From: Candidatus Dojkabacteria bacterium
GTDB lineage: Bacteria; Patescibacteriota; Dojkabacteria; SC72
Reading direction: 5' to 3'
Length of the DNA stretch: 64,000 bases
Assembly (NCBI GenBank): GCA_018056375.1
Contig: JAGPFQ010000001.1
Location: forward strand, 360,340 to 424,339
This document shows positions 36,507-47,412 of this stretch, one piece after another. Both the position numbers and the translations under genes were made by a program. Positions within the stretch are counted from its first letter, which is position 1. Each line of letters begins with the position of its first letter. A model generated the notes under the pieces. The model had not been told where the DNA came from and made no database searches. It saw nothing but the letters and a program-made list of their open reading frames with translations.

Positions 36507-37425
36507 GTATCAAATAGTATACACTAATAAAATGAGAAATAAAGAATGGAAATATAATACTCCCGTATTTGAATATCTAAGAGATCTTTCAGTTGTAGAA
36601 GCCCCATGGGGAGGACATAATTTTTTCGCATATGATTTAGTGGTAAACTTTCGCCCTGCTACAGTTGTAGAATTAGGGACATTCAAAGGATATTCGCTGT
36701 TTTCTTTTTCACAAGCAGTTAAGGATTGTAAATTAAAAACCAAAATACATGCCGTGGATACATGGGAAGGAGATAAACATGCAGGTTTTTTTGGAGATGA
36801 GTTATACAAAGAGTTCAAAAAAGTTTTAGATAAACACTATCAAGATTTGGATATTATCTTACATAGAAAAACTTTTGATGATGCAGTTGAAGAGTTTCAA
36901 AATAATAGTATAGATATATTGCATATTGATGGTTTACATACATACAAGGCTGTTAAGCATGATTTTGAAACATGGCTACCTAAAGTAAAAAAAGATTCTG
37001 GTGTTATTTTGCTCCATGATATTTATGTAAAAAGAGATGATTTTGGTGTCCACAAACTTTGGGCAGAGTTAAAGAAGAAGTATAAAAACACTATAAGTTT
37101 TAAACATTCCAACGGATTGGGAGTTATTCTTTTAGGCACACAGAACATAACAGATAACCCAAAAGATTTCGCAGTCTACTATCAGTATCTAGCAGAGTCA
37201 CAATATAATAAGAAATATGTTGAAGTGTTAGAAGGACAGATAAAACAGAAAGAATCAGAAATACAAGAGTATGATAAGAATTTAAGAATCTGCATCAAAC
37301 AAAGAGAAAGTCTCAAAGAGGACACTTTACTTTTAATGGAAAAAGTAAAAGAATTTGAAGATTTCAAAAAGACAAAGATATGGAAATCTCTAACAGCATG
37401 GAGAAGAATTAAGAGCAAGCTCTAA
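36475..37425 (+). CDS. Class I SAM-dependent methyltransferase (Methyltransf_24/CmcI-like) with C-terminal coiled-coil
   Basis: ATVVELGTFKGYSLFSFSQA...ILHIDGLHTYKAVKHDFETWLPKV...GVILLHDI; C-terminal heptad-like KQKESEIQEYDKNLRICIKQRESLKEDTLLLMEKVKEFEDFKK. The start may be the internal Met at 36505 or 36532, because the track ORF overlaps the divergent upstream gene. Confidence 0.6.
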   Translation: MLFNRSLSILMYQIVYTNKMRNKEWKYNTPVFEYLRDLSVVEAPWGGHNFFAYDLVVNFRPATVVELGTFKGYSLFSFSQAVKDCKLKTKIHAVDTWEGDKHAGFFGDELYKEFKKVLDKHYQDLDIILHRKTFDDAVEEFQNNSIDILHIDGLHTYKAVKHDFETWLPKVKKDSGVILLHDIYVKRDDFGVHKLWAELKKKYKNTISFKHSNGLGVILLGTQNITDNPKDFAVYYQYLAESQYNKKYVEVLEGQIKQKESEIQEYDKNLRICIKQRESLKEDTLLLMEKVKEFEDFKKTKIWKSLTAWRRIKSKL

Positions 37426-38990
37426 GACTCACGAACTTCTTTATGGATTTTCTTCCAAGGAAACAAAGAAAATATTAGAAGAATATAACCTAAAAATACC
37501 GTTATATGAACAGGAGAAACATACCTATCCACTATCGCACCTGTAAATGCATGCAGTAACACATGTAGAAAACTGTATACTAATAGTATAATAACTAAAG
37601 GCAAGATTCTTCTGGAATAAACTCTCTTCCTCTTTATTGATACAAAATAAAGAATCAAAGCTATAACCAACATAAAAGGAAGTAATAAGATAGAATAATT
37701 TGTAACCACAATACTTAGATTTTTATTTAAACCAAGTATGAAACTCGTAATAATAGGAGGATTAACTTTCTGCTCATAGTCAACAACCCTTGTATATAAT
37801 TCAGGAGTCATATGAAAAATATTAGATTTCTCTTTTAGAAGATTTGTTGCAATAATACAGTTTTGATAACAATGCTTGGGTAAAAAATTCTCTTCAATAA
37901 CCAGTAAAGAATCCTGCTTGGATTCGGAATCTGCTTCTGGCTCAACTTCAATCATTTCAAACTTATAGATATTTGATAATACCAAATAGTTATTTAAGTA
38001 CGATTTGAGAACAATACTAGGATGTCTAACAATCACATTTAGTACAAACTTAAGACCAGAAGAACTCGTGATTAAACCCTCCTCATTGAGTTCTATCTTT
38101 AAGCTATCTATAACTTTACCCTCATCATTATAAACTTCAATTTCTTCAGGAATCTCAGAACTGTTAAAATGCCAAGGTGTATCTAACTCTGTTAATGCAG
38201 CAACTAACTGGAAACCTGCAACATTCTTTGGTGTCCTATTTGTATTTCTATCAATACCTTTGTATTCTAATATCTTATTCCAAGCAAACAAAGAAATAAA
38301 TAAACTTAAAAGAGAAAAACAAAAGACAAAGAATATTTGTAACCTCTTCTTCCAAGGCTTAAGTTCCCAAAGAGATAGAAAGACAGCTGCCAGCAACGGA
38401 AAGAACACTATACTCAAATATGGTTGTTTTAAAAACCAAGCAAAGGGAAACATTAACACAAAGTAGATACACAAGAATAGATAGCCTTTTTTATTACCTT
38501 TCCCAACAACATCCAATAATTTCCAAGCTAGAAAACAAGAGATTACTGATACTGTCATAGCAACAAACTCAGTTAATAGGGAATGATAATAACCATATAT
38601 AATTGGGTTTAGAATAACTAAAACTGTAAAAAGTACATAAATCACTGTCTTCAACTTTGGTTTATCCTTTATAACAAGATCTAAAATCTTCTTGGAAAAG
38701 ACTAGCATGAAAAGATAGAAGAAAAAAGAAAACAGTAAAAGACCCATTGTACTTTTCCCAAACAAGACATTGCTTAAATGAATTAATAGTGGGAAAATGG
38801 GTCCTCTAACTATGTCCCAAGTAGAGAAAGGGAGTTTTCTCTCAAATATTGCCACATATTCCATATAGTGAGCACTATCCCACAGTATCAAAACTGGAAA
38901 AGAGAAAAAAAATACAACCAAAACTATAAGTAACAAGAGCTTATAATTACTTTTTATCCAATCTAAAACTTTCTTTAATGATTCTCTCAT
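37422..38990 (-). CDS. Polytopic membrane protein (>=10 TM), candidate GT-C-fold glycosyltransferase (PMT/ArnT/YfhO-like)
   Basis: Multiple hydrophobic helices in the N-terminal two-thirds, hydrophilic loop region in the C-terminal third; sits in a glycosylation cluster next to a GtrB-like gene. Function inferred. Confidence 0.45.
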   Translation of the reverse strand: MRESLKKVLDWIKSNYKLLLLIVLVVFFFSFPVLILWDSAHYMEYVAIFERKLPFSTWDIVRGPIFPLLIHLSNVLFGKSTMGLLLFSFFFYLFMLVFSKKILDLVIKDKPKLKTVIYVLFTVLVILNPIIYGYYHSLLTEFVAMTVSVISCFLAWKLLDVVGKGNKKGYLFLCIYFVLMFPFAWFLKQPYLSIVFFPLLAAVFLSLWELKPWKKRLQIFFVFCFSLLSLFISLFAWNKILEYKGIDRNTNRTPKNVAGFQLVAALTELDTPWHFNSSEIPEEIEVYNDEGKVIDSLKIELNEEGLITSSSGLKFVLNVIVRHPSIVLKSYLNNYLVLSNIYKFEMIEVEPEADSESKQDSLLVIEENFLPKHCYQNCIIATNLLKEKSNIFHMTPELYTRVVDYEQKVNPPIITSFILGLNKNLSIVVTNYSILLLPFMLVIALILYFVSIKRKRVYSRRILPLVIILLVYSFLHVLLHAFTGAIVDRYVSPVHITVFLGYILLIFSLFPWKKIHKEVRES

Positions 38991-38997
38991 ATCTCAT

Positions 38998-41007
38998 TTA
39001 ATTATGATCATATAAGTGGTAAAGCCAGTTACCAAACTTCTTTAAAAGCTTCTTAACAAAATTAGGAACAAACTTGTTTAGAACCTTTATGATAGACAGC
39101 CCTTTTGATACATAAGGAGGATGTGAACCTTGCTGATTATTCTTCATAATCTTCTTTTCTTCCTCTGTAATTGTCTTTTTCTTATCAGAGATTGGTTTTT
39201 CATTCTTAAAAATAGTAAGAAACTTATCTACTGCCTCATCATAATCAAAGTCTTTAATTTTATTTTGGTTATAAGCCTTCATTTTATTCCATACTTCAGG
39301 ATTATGAATAAGATATACAATCTTATTAAAATACTCTGTACTATTATTTATTCGATCAATGATATATCCTGTCTTTCCATCCTCCATATAGTCAAGAACT
39401 CCAAAGGAGTTAGACATTATTGGAACGCATCCTGAAGCCATAGCCTCTAGTCCTATCAATCCAAAACCCTCATTAACGGAAGTATCTACATAAACATCAC
39501 TCTCTTGTAGTATTTTTATTAACTCTAAATTTGGAACAACACCATAGGTTACATTCATCTTGTTATTCTCAATAGAAGGAAGTTCTATATCTTCATTAAT
39601 ACATAAGACATTAAAAACTAACCCTGCCTCTTTGTTATCTAACTCCTTCATGATATCCATCAAAATATAATCTGCCTTCATAACATTATCACGCAATATA
39701 AAAGCTATGTTCTTAACTTTTTCCCTCCGGTTTTCTTTTTGAATTAAGTCATAATTAATACCATTTCTGACTAGATACAAATCTTTTCCAAAAATATCTT
39801 TAATCTTATTTTGCAAGTATGTAGAAATTGTAATTTCATAATCTGCCAATTTATGTGTCAATTCAACACTTCGATAATGCAAACCATTCTCAAAATAGTT
39901 TTCATATCCTTGGACAAAATTCACTAAAGGAACTTTTTTCTCTTTTGCTAATTCATATGCTTTAAAAACAGATGCCCATATCGTAGAGACTATGCGTTTT
40001 ATGTCAAAATCTATATCTCTTGTTTGTTTAATAGGTACAAAAAGCATCTGCTCCTTGTAGTCATCCATTACTTCATAAAGTATGTTAGACTCATGTCCAT
40101 TTATCACAAACTTATTAACTAAATCAACAACTACATGTGTCCCCCCTGCTGACTGAAGTATTCCCGGCAAGTAAAAAAGTGTGTCCAAAGAAATCTTCTT
40201 ATCTTCCTCTGTTATCTGAGATTTAACATATTCCATTGGGTCATTCTTTGAATATTTCTGCATTGTTGCTTCATACTCATCACCCCACCTAGAAAAAAAC
40301 AATCCTCTATTCTTATCAATTCTTTTCTGTTTTTCAGGAGAATTACCAAAGGAGGCCTCCGCCTTATGATATACATACGTATCTATTGCTACTTTTGCAG
40401 TAAAACCTTTAGACATGGCTAGGAATTGATAATCTGTTTCTTCTCCATATCCTAAACCATAAGATTCGTCTAGCTTACCAACTTTTTCAACACATTCTTT
40501 AGTAATCATTAGACAGTTCCCTACTACAGTACAAGCATCAAAAATCTTTCCCTGGAACTTGCTTTCAAGAAGGGCATCCATTTTCATATAACTAAACCCT
40601 TCAAAAATCTCTAAGGAAAGGTTTGCTGCATTGTTAGAGAGGGGAGAAATTAAACCAATCTTCTTATCTTTCTCCATATGGTTCATTAATTTTCCAATCG
40701 TGTTTTTTGCAACAATACAATCTGAGTTTAGGAGAAGAATATAGTCAGAAGAACAAAGTCCCAAACCCTTATTTACATTTTTAACAAAGCCCAAATTCTC
40801 ATTATTAGTAACAACCTTTATTTTTGAGCCATATTTTTTCTTTAAATTCCTCAAAAGACTTTTTGTTGTCTGATTAGAAGCATCATCCATCAGAAATACA
40901 TTTCCCAAAAGTTCTGGAGGGGTATTGATAAAGAGGGAATATACACACAACTTAACCCAATCGGGAGCATTGTAAACAGGAATAATAACATCACATTTCT
41001 TTTTCAT
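38998..41007 (-). CDS. Bifunctional glycosyltransferase: N-terminal GT2 domain + C-terminal GT4 domain
   Basis: GT2: DVIIPVYNAPDWVKLCVYSL...LMDDASNQTT...LLLNSDCIV; GT4: EGFGLIGLEAMASGCVPIMSNSFGVLDYMEDGKTGYII. Confidence 0.8.
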   Translation of the reverse strand: MKKKCDVIIPVYNAPDWVKLCVYSLFINTPPELLGNVFLMDDASNQTTKSLLRNLKKKYGSKIKVVTNNENLGFVKNVNKGLGLCSSDYILLLNSDCIVAKNTIGKLMNHMEKDKKIGLISPLSNNAANLSLEIFEGFSYMKMDALLESKFQGKIFDACTVVGNCLMITKECVEKVGKLDESYGLGYGEETDYQFLAMSKGFTAKVAIDTYVYHKAEASFGNSPEKQKRIDKNRGLFFSRWGDEYEATMQKYSKNDPMEYVKSQITEEDKKISLDTLFYLPGILQSAGGTHVVVDLVNKFVINGHESNILYEVMDDYKEQMLFVPIKQTRDIDFDIKRIVSTIWASVFKAYELAKEKKVPLVNFVQGYENYFENGLHYRSVELTHKLADYEITISTYLQNKIKDIFGKDLYLVRNGINYDLIQKENRREKVKNIAFILRDNVMKADYILMDIMKELDNKEAGLVFNVLCINEDIELPSIENNKMNVTYGVVPNLELIKILQESDVYVDTSVNEGFGLIGLEAMASGCVPIMSNSFGVLDYMEDGKTGYIIDRINNSTEYFNKIVYLIHNPEVWNKMKAYNQNKIKDFDYDEAVDKFLTIFKNEKPISDKKKTITEEEKKIMKNNQQGSHPPYVSKGLSIIKVLNKFVPNFVKKLLKKFGNWLYHLYDHN

Positions 41008-41962
41008 CAGCTTTACCTCTTAATAATTTATTTATCTCTCGCCCCACCCACAACACCACAAACAACACAACTAATACAATAACAATAACCCCCCTATCTA
41101 ATAATGCTAATTGCATAATCTGTTCATTACTAATACCTAGTATATCAGAAGTAATAGAGAAAATCCCCTCTCTAATACCCAATGACCCAGGTGTAATACT
41201 AACTAACAATGATACTCCTGATAAACAGTTGTACAAGATAACATTCATAATACTAACATCTATACCCAAACCTCTAAATTCAAAATAATACAAAAAACCT
41301 GTTGAAATAAAAAAGACAACAGATATACCTATTAAACTCAACAACAATCCTTTATCTTCCACAATCATATTCCAACCCTCAGACACCTTCCTAATTATCT
41401 CCAATACCTTATCTAAAAATTTAAACTTACTCTTGTTGTTCTTCTTTGCAGGTATCTTAAGAAAAGTTAAAATTAACATACCTACAAACAACAACCCAAA
41501 GAAAAGATACAATGGTAATGAACTAACTCCATACTTCAATGTAATTACTAATAAAGATATTAACCCCATAAAAGAGTTAACCAAAAACAGGACAATGTAA
41601 TAACCATATAGAGTAGATACAAAATGGGTATATGGAAAATCAAACCTCTTCTTCAAATACACAGACCTAATAACAGTACCTCCATGTAAAGGAAGAAAAT
41701 AATTACCAAGAGAAGACATTACAGAAACATAGAAAGATTCTAAAACAGAAATAACTTTCTTAAATGATTTAAGTGTAACTTTAATAAAGATACCATTAAT
41801 AAAAAAAGAAACAGATGCTAATAGAAAAATTAGAATTAGATATTTCAAAGGTGTTTGAAACACTGTCTGTAAATCAGACTTATGATTAAAAAAGTAGTAA
41901 ACAAAATACCCTAACACCCCTAAAGTTATAATAACCTTTAAATATTTCCAAATCTTTTTCAT
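40991..41962 (-). CDS. Flippase-like polytopic membrane protein (LPG-synthase-TM/UPF0104-like)
   Basis: ~8 TM helices, 323 aa, in a glycan cluster; family assignment tentative. Confidence 0.45.
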   Translation of the reverse strand: MKKIWKYLKVIITLGVLGYFVYYFFNHKSDLQTVFQTPLKYLILIFLLASVSFFINGIFIKVTLKSFKKVISVLESFYVSVMSSLGNYFLPLHGGTVIRSVYLKKRFDFPYTHFVSTLYGYYIVLFLVNSFMGLISLLVITLKYGVSSLPLYLFFGLLFVGMLILTFLKIPAKKNNKSKFKFLDKVLEIIRKVSEGWNMIVEDKGLLLSLIGISVVFFISTGFLYYFEFRGLGIDVSIMNVILYNCLSGVSLLVSITPGSLGIREGIFSITSDILGISNEQIMQLALLDRGVIVIVLVVLFVVLWVGREINKLLRGKADEKEM

Positions 41963-41963
41963 C

Positions 41964-42710
41964 TTAATGAGTTATAAAAATATACCCTTCACTCAAATCA
42001 GTTTTCACAAACAATCTACTAATCAACCAAAAGGGATAAATTACATATTTATTACTTAAAAACTTCAATGGATTCATCTTCTTTATACTCTTACCACTAA
42101 ACACACTTCTCTCAACCTGACTTTTGTCCTTTACCTTTTTATAGACAAGCGGTGTAGTTATCATTCTCAAATACCTAGTGATATTTATCCATGGATAACC
42201 ATATGCTAAAAGCTCGTAATCCTTGACACCTAAAAAGCCAGCAACTCTCTCAAAATCATTTTTTTCATATCTTCTCAAATGACCAACTGCTTCATCATGT
42301 TTAGACCACATTGACATATGAGCAGGTACAGAGATTATTATTACCCCCTTATCTTTCAATAATTTTTTTACTTTCTCTAAGAAGAGCTTCTCTTCCTCTA
42401 CATGTTCTAAAACCTCCATAGCAATAATTACATCAAATTTTTCATTTTTGAAATCATGTTTAAGAAAATCAGCCTCAATACAAGTTATACTATCTCTTAA
42501 TGTAACAGGAAGTTCTTTATGTGATTGCTTTAACTCCTCAGACATATCAAGAGCTGTTACAGATGCTCCTTTGCTTGCTAGACATTCAGACAAATGTAAA
42601 GTTCCAGCACCTATCTCAAGAATCTTTTTCCCTTTTAAATCATATCTCTTAAGAAGATTAAGTATCTCTAAATATCTAAACCAATATCGCGGACCTTTGT
42701 AGCTACTCAT
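41964..42710 (-). CDS. Class I SAM-dependent methyltransferase
   Basis: Motif I KILEIGAGTLHLSECLASKGASVTALDMSEE; motif FDVIIAMEVLEHVEE. Confidence 0.8.
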   Translation of the reverse strand: MSSYKGPRYWFRYLEILNLLKRYDLKGKKILEIGAGTLHLSECLASKGASVTALDMSEELKQSHKELPVTLRDSITCIEADFLKHDFKNEKFDVIIAMEVLEHVEEEKLFLEKVKKLLKDKGVIIISVPAHMSMWSKHDEAVGHLRRYEKNDFERVAGFLGVKDYELLAYGYPWINITRYLRMITTPLVYKKVKDKSQVERSVFSGKSIKKMNPLKFLSNKYVIYPFWLISRLFVKTDLSEGYIFITH

Positions 42711-43783
42711 TGTTTAAGAAAATTAAATTTATCTTTTAGTCTATCATATGTAAACTTCGTGTTAAAAAGCTCTCTTCCTTGCTTACCAATATCATCTAAC
42801 TTCTCCCTGTTTTCATATGCCCAAAGTATACTATCTGCCAAATCCTGAGCATCACCTTGTTCTACAAGTAAACAATTCTTTTTATCCATAAATCCTACAT
42901 CTTCATCAATCTTACCAATAACAGTGGGTCTACCCATCTGTAGAAATTGATATGCCTTACCTGTAACCACCCTTCTTGCCTGTGGTGTGCCTCCAAAAGC
43001 GCCTCCTAAACAAAGATCTGCAGACTTAATATATTGAGGTAACTTATCAAATTCTATCCATTCAAAATGTTTAATATTCTTTAAAGATTGTTTTTTAATC
43101 TCTTCCCTAAATTCCTCTAATGCTTTTTCATTCCCCCTACCACCAGCTATGATGAATTTAATAGGATACTTTTCTAAAAGTTTAGCTGCTTTCAAAATCA
43201 CATCTATACCATGTAGTGGAAGAAATGTACCATAGAAGAAGAGTGTAAATTCCTCTCCTAAATCAATCTTCTTAGTCTTCTCAATATCAAACATACCCTC
43301 ATCTGTACCAACTGGAATAACCTTAATCTTCTTTTTATCTATACCAAAAGTTTTAGCAAAGAACGAAGCATGAAGATTAGTATCTGTAAGAACATACTCT
43401 GCATCTCTTAATATACTTCTTTCAAGAAAATATATTATCTTTGCTAACAAGGAATTCTTTTGTAATGTTTTCTTTTCATTTACTAAAGAATCATATGGAG
43501 ACATCATTGCATCAAAAACAAACTTCTTTCTCAGTCCAAAAATTCTATACAACCAATATATCTCATGTCCTCTAAATCCAATTATGTAAATATCTGGATT
43601 TACTTTAAATCGTATTTTTAGAAAATTGAAGAAGGTCTCAAAATATCTTATTAACCCTTTTGATTTGTTTCTTGCTTGAAAAAGTTCTATATTCTTTAGA
43701 CGAGATAATGCATTAATTAAGGATGTTGTTCTAACATAGTTGGGGGCTCTGTAGGAGAGAATATAGCATACCTTACTCTTCAT
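42707..43783 (-). CDS. Glycosyltransferase (GT-B, GT4-like)
   Basis: Size and C-terminal nucleotide-sugar-binding-like region; less canonical E-x7-E. Confidence 0.6.
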   Translation of the reverse strand: MKSKVCYILSYRAPNYVRTTSLINALSRLKNIELFQARNKSKGLIRYFETFFNFLKIRFKVNPDIYIIGFRGHEIYWLYRIFGLRKKFVFDAMMSPYDSLVNEKKTLQKNSLLAKIIYFLERSILRDAEYVLTDTNLHASFFAKTFGIDKKKIKVIPVGTDEGMFDIEKTKKIDLGEEFTLFFYGTFLPLHGIDVILKAAKLLEKYPIKFIIAGGRGNEKALEEFREEIKKQSLKNIKHFEWIEFDKLPQYIKSADLCLGGAFGGTPQARRVVTGKAYQFLQMGRPTVIGKIDEDVGFMDKKNCLLVEQGDAQDLADSILWAYENREKLDDIGKQGRELFNTKFTYDRLKDKFNFLKQ

Positions 43784-44720
43784 ACTTCCCTTTCTTTAAT
43801 TCATAAAGTATTTTTTCTTGATTAATCCTAACCCTATTAAACATATCTGCTAATAATCCTACTATTACCAACAACAAACCAAAAACTAAGAATCCCAATC
43901 CTATGAATCCAACAGCCTTGTATGGTGAAAAACGACCTGCTGTGAAATAGTGATAGAAGAGGAATGCTTCAAACCCCATACCAATAAGTAAGAGAATTGT
44001 TCCCATACCTCCAAAGAAAATCATAGGTTTGTAATCTCTAACTGTACGAATGATTATCTTTAAGGTTCTAAACATATAGTTCAAAATACTACTAGCTACT
44101 CTAGACTTTCTCTCCTTGAAATACACAATATCTATTGGAAACTCTACAACTCTCATACCCTTGAAAACCATATCCATGATAGTTTCTTGAGTATATGTAA
44201 ACTGACCAAAGAGATTTAATTTGAGTAATGCTTCTCTACCATATGCTCTAAAACCACATGACACATCTCTAAACTTCTTACCACTAAGTAAGGATATTAA
44301 TCTAGACATCTGTTTGTTTCCCCAATACTTTGTCTTAGACATATTCTCTGGAATACCACTATGGAATCTATCACCTGTAACCATATCAGCTTCATTTTTT
44401 AGTATCGGTTGTATTATCTCTGGTATCTGTTTACTGTTAAATTGTCTGTCTGCATCTATACTTACTAATATATCCACACGATTATCCAATGCATACTCTA
44501 CTGCACTATGGAATGCACTACCTACTCCCTTGTTTGTACCATGACTAATTACATCTGCACCATTTTCTCTTGCAATTTCAACTGTCCTATCCGTACTCCC
44601 ATCATCTACAACCAATGTCTTTATCTCATCAATACCTTCTATCTTCTTAGGTAGGTCTTTGATTACTCCACCTAATCCTTTCTCTTCATTAAGGGCAGGC
44701 ATGTATATTAGTAATTTCAT
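43773..44720 (-). CDS. Polyprenyl-phosphate glycosyltransferase (GT2, GtrB/CsbB/ArnC-like) with two C-terminal TM helices
   Basis: LIYMPALNEEKGLGGVI...VVDDGSTDRTVEIA...ISIDADRQ...; C-terminal MIFFGGMGTILLLIGMGF / FIGLGFLVFGLLLVIVGLL. Confidence 0.8.
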   Translation of the reverse strand: MKLLIYMPALNEEKGLGGVIKDLPKKIEGIDEIKTLVVDDGSTDRTVEIARENGADVISHGTNKGVGSAFHSAVEYALDNRVDILVSIDADRQFNSKQIPEIIQPILKNEADMVTGDRFHSGIPENMSKTKYWGNKQMSRLISLLSGKKFRDVSCGFRAYGREALLKLNLFGQFTYTQETIMDMVFKGMRVVEFPIDIVYFKERKSRVASSILNYMFRTLKIIIRTVRDYKPMIFFGGMGTILLLIGMGFEAFLFYHYFTAGRFSPYKAVGFIGLGFLVFGLLLVIVGLLADMFNRVRINQEKILYELKKGKYEE

Positions 44721-44740
44721 AGTATTAAGTTCTTTTTAGA

Positions 44741-46015
44741 TTATCTCCCAATACCTCTGTATATCACTTTACCTTTTACCAACCTCTCCTTATCCAACTT
44801 ATTCACCCCATCTACTACCACCTTGATATTCTTCCTCTTTAGTATTTCTTCCGTTAAATCACCAAAGGCATCATGATATGTACCTAGTATAACGGCATCT
44901 ACTTTCTCCAGTACACCATCTAATTCTTTTACATCAGAGATATCTAATGTATGAGGGTCATACGATATTACCTCTGCACCCATCTTCTTTAATATATCCA
45001 ATATCTCTAAACTAGGACTCTCTCTAAGGTCTGCTACATTAGATTTGTAACTTAAACCTAGTAATCCAACCTTAGTACCCTTTACTGACTTCTCTATCTC
45101 ATTAAGTCCTTCTTGCAATCTAGATACTGTATACTCTGGCATACTGTTGTTAATATCCCTAGCTATCTTCAAAAACCTATGATCAAAACCTGCTTCCTGT
45201 GCCCTTTTGATTAAGTAATATGGATCAACTGCAATACAATGTCCCCCAACTCCCCTACTTGGCCAATGTACCATGAAAGAGAAAGGTTTGGTAGAAGCAC
45301 CCTTCAATGTCTCAACCAAATCAATATCCATTGCATCAAAAGATTTAGCAAGCTCGTTAACATATGCAATATTAATATCTCTAAATGCATTCTCAACTAT
45401 CTTAGTAGATTCAGCTACCTTAACCGTCGACACCTCATTAATCTCCGCATCTAAAAAGCTTCTGTAGAAATCAGCAATCTCTTTTGTTTTTTCTTTCATT
45501 AGACTACCGATATTTCTAGGAATATTGTACACATTCCACTTAGGGTCACCAGGATTAATTCTCTCAGGACACATAGCTACATTAAAATCTTTACCTGCAA
45601 CTAACTTACTACCTTCCTCCAAAACAGGAACTAAAATTTCTTCACATGTACCTGGATTAACTGTTGATTCTAAAACAACAGTAGCACCTTTCTTTAAGTA
45701 CTTAGATATTGTTTTACCTGCACTAATTACAGGTGTGTAGTCTGGAGTATAGTCATCAAGAACAGGTGTAGGTACACATATGATGAAGATATCCGTATCC
45801 TTTAACTCATCACTATCTGTTGTTGCATGAAGGTCTAATTCATTAAGATCTCTCTCTGCTAGCTCATCGGTTATTGGACACTCCTTTGAGAGTATTCTCT
45901 TAACTTGATCTTTACTAATATCAAAGCCCACCACTTCATATTTCTTACTCCTCTCTATTGCAAGAGCTAGTGGTAATCCAACATAACCAAGTCCTACTAT
46001 TGATACTTTTTTCAT
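44741..46015 (-). CDS. Nucleotide-sugar dehydrogenase (UDP-glucose/UDP-ManNAc 6-dehydrogenase family); start taken at MKKVSIVGLGYVG
   Basis: N-terminal NAD-binding VSIVGLGYVGLPLALAI; catalytic Cys context GGHCIAVDPYYL. Confidence 0.85.
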   Translation of the reverse strand: MKKVSIVGLGYVGLPLALAIERSKKYEVVGFDISKDQVKRILSKECPITDELAERDLNELDLHATTDSDELKDTDIFIICVPTPVLDDYTPDYTPVISAGKTISKYLKKGATVVLESTVNPGTCEEILVPVLEEGSKLVAGKDFNVAMCPERINPGDPKWNVYNIPRNIGSLMKEKTKEIADFYRSFLDAEINEVSTVKVAESTKIVENAFRDINIAYVNELAKSFDAMDIDLVETLKGASTKPFSFMVHWPSRGVGGHCIAVDPYYLIKRAQEAGFDHRFLKIARDINNSMPEYTVSRLQEGLNEIEKSVKGTKVGLLGLSYKSNVADLRESPSLEILDILKKMGAEVISYDPHTLDISDVKELDGVLEKVDAVILGTYHDAFGDLTEEILKRKNIKVVVDGVNKLDKERLVKGKVIYRGIGR

Positions 46016-46063
46016 ATGTGTTTTTTGTAAAATAACTAAGCTATTATATTCCAAAGATACATA

Positions 46064-47410
46064 TTAAACAAACCAATCTGGTGTAACACTCAAGAGGAAG
46101 AATGGAATACAAGAGAGAAGAAACATAGCTATGAGTATTACAAAGAACAATATTCTCACATATTTATTCTTAATACTTCCAATATATTTCACTAGAAGAG
46201 TATAGTAGATGAATATAGCAGGAAAGATATATCTTCCTTGTAAGGCAAATATTACACCATCTCTGTTTAGATATGTTGGATAGTTTTGTACAAATGCTAG
46301 GACGAAGGTATAGAAGAGGAGAACTATTAGTAGATAGATATCTAACTTCTCCTTTTTCTTTAAATCTTTGAGAAAAAGAAATACAAATGATATTGGATAT
46401 ATTGCAAAGGCAAGATGAAGATTGTATGGCATAAACATATCTTTGTGAGCCATAATGCCATAGATTCTATGATTCATCTCCCATGACCATTTTAAGAAGT
46501 ATTTAACAGGATTCCACCTTCTCGAGAAGACCATTCCTATCCCCTCTTTACTTAACAACTTTATCCCTGCTGACTGTCCATAGTCCCTTCTAAAAACACC
46601 ACTGTTCATACATTGCTCAACTGTCATAACTTCTTCACAACGAGGAAAAATATGTTTGTATGTAACAACATTCTTCCCATATAAGAGAACTACTGGTAGA
46701 AGAAAGATTAAAACAAGAAGTACATACAACCAAAACTTCTTCTCCTTGATATTAAACTTTACTTTTTCTTTGATGAGGATACTGATAATTAAGATGAATT
46801 CTACTAGAGCAAGTGGAAAAATTGTATATTTTGTAAGAACACCTAAACAAGTAACGACTGCCCATAACGCGTAGTTCTTTATCTCTTTTGGTTCTTTAAA
46901 TATCTTCACAAAGTAGATTATTGAAAGTACTGCAAAAAAGTTGGTGAGATTGTCATAGTTAATCATACCTGAGAGGAATTGGAACATAAGGGTGTTTGCT
47001 AGAAGGATGACAGGGATAGTGCGATACTTCTCTTCTTTAATTACATATCCTGTTAGTTTGTAAAACAGAAATAGTGTACCTACAGAAGTTAACAAGTTAA
47101 ATATTTTAAGAAGATGTATCTCATCAACCTTCAGGAAATTCATATTCAACAATCTCCCATTTATCCAATGTGCTAGAAAGTTTGCAGATGTAATATCTCC
47201 CCACTGGTATGTCTCAGGTGTATTTTCAGGTACTCCCCAAACTTTAGAATATGCTTGTGCTACATAGAGATGATAATGTTCATCTGGTCCAATGCCAAAT
47301 TTAATATTTAGTGATATATAGAGACCAAAGAGAAAAAATACAACCAACTGTACAATTAGTATTATCTTGTTTGCTTTCTTCCACTCTATTTTTCTTTTCT
47401 TGTTTTTCAT
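46064..47410 (-). CDS. Polytopic membrane protein (~12 TM), second candidate GT-C-fold glycosyltransferase
   Basis: Hydrophobic helices throughout; short periplasmic loop with DE motif-like residues near the N-terminus (GIGPDEHYH). Confidence 0.45.
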   Translation of the reverse strand: MKNKKRKIEWKKANKIILIVQLVVFFLFGLYISLNIKFGIGPDEHYHLYVAQAYSKVWGVPENTPETYQWGDITSANFLAHWINGRLLNMNFLKVDEIHLLKIFNLLTSVGTLFLFYKLTGYVIKEEKYRTIPVILLANTLMFQFLSGMINYDNLTNFFAVLSIIYFVKIFKEPKEIKNYALWAVVTCLGVLTKYTIFPLALVEFILIISILIKEKVKFNIKEKKFWLYVLLVLIFLLPVVLLYGKNVVTYKHIFPRCEEVMTVEQCMNSGVFRRDYGQSAGIKLLSKEGIGMVFSRRWNPVKYFLKWSWEMNHRIYGIMAHKDMFMPYNLHLAFAIYPISFVFLFLKDLKKKEKLDIYLLIVLLFYTFVLAFVQNYPTYLNRDGVIFALQGRYIFPAIFIYYTLLVKYIGSIKNKYVRILFFVILIAMFLLSCIPFFLLSVTPDWFV

Positions 47411-47412
47411 AG

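Noticed and set aside
36475-36531. First 19 codons of the 36475-37425 ORF
   Set aside because: They overlap the divergently transcribed 35880-36506 gene by 32 nt, and internal Met codons at 36505 or 36532 are more plausible starts. Coordinates kept from the track, with the ambiguity stated in the feature call.
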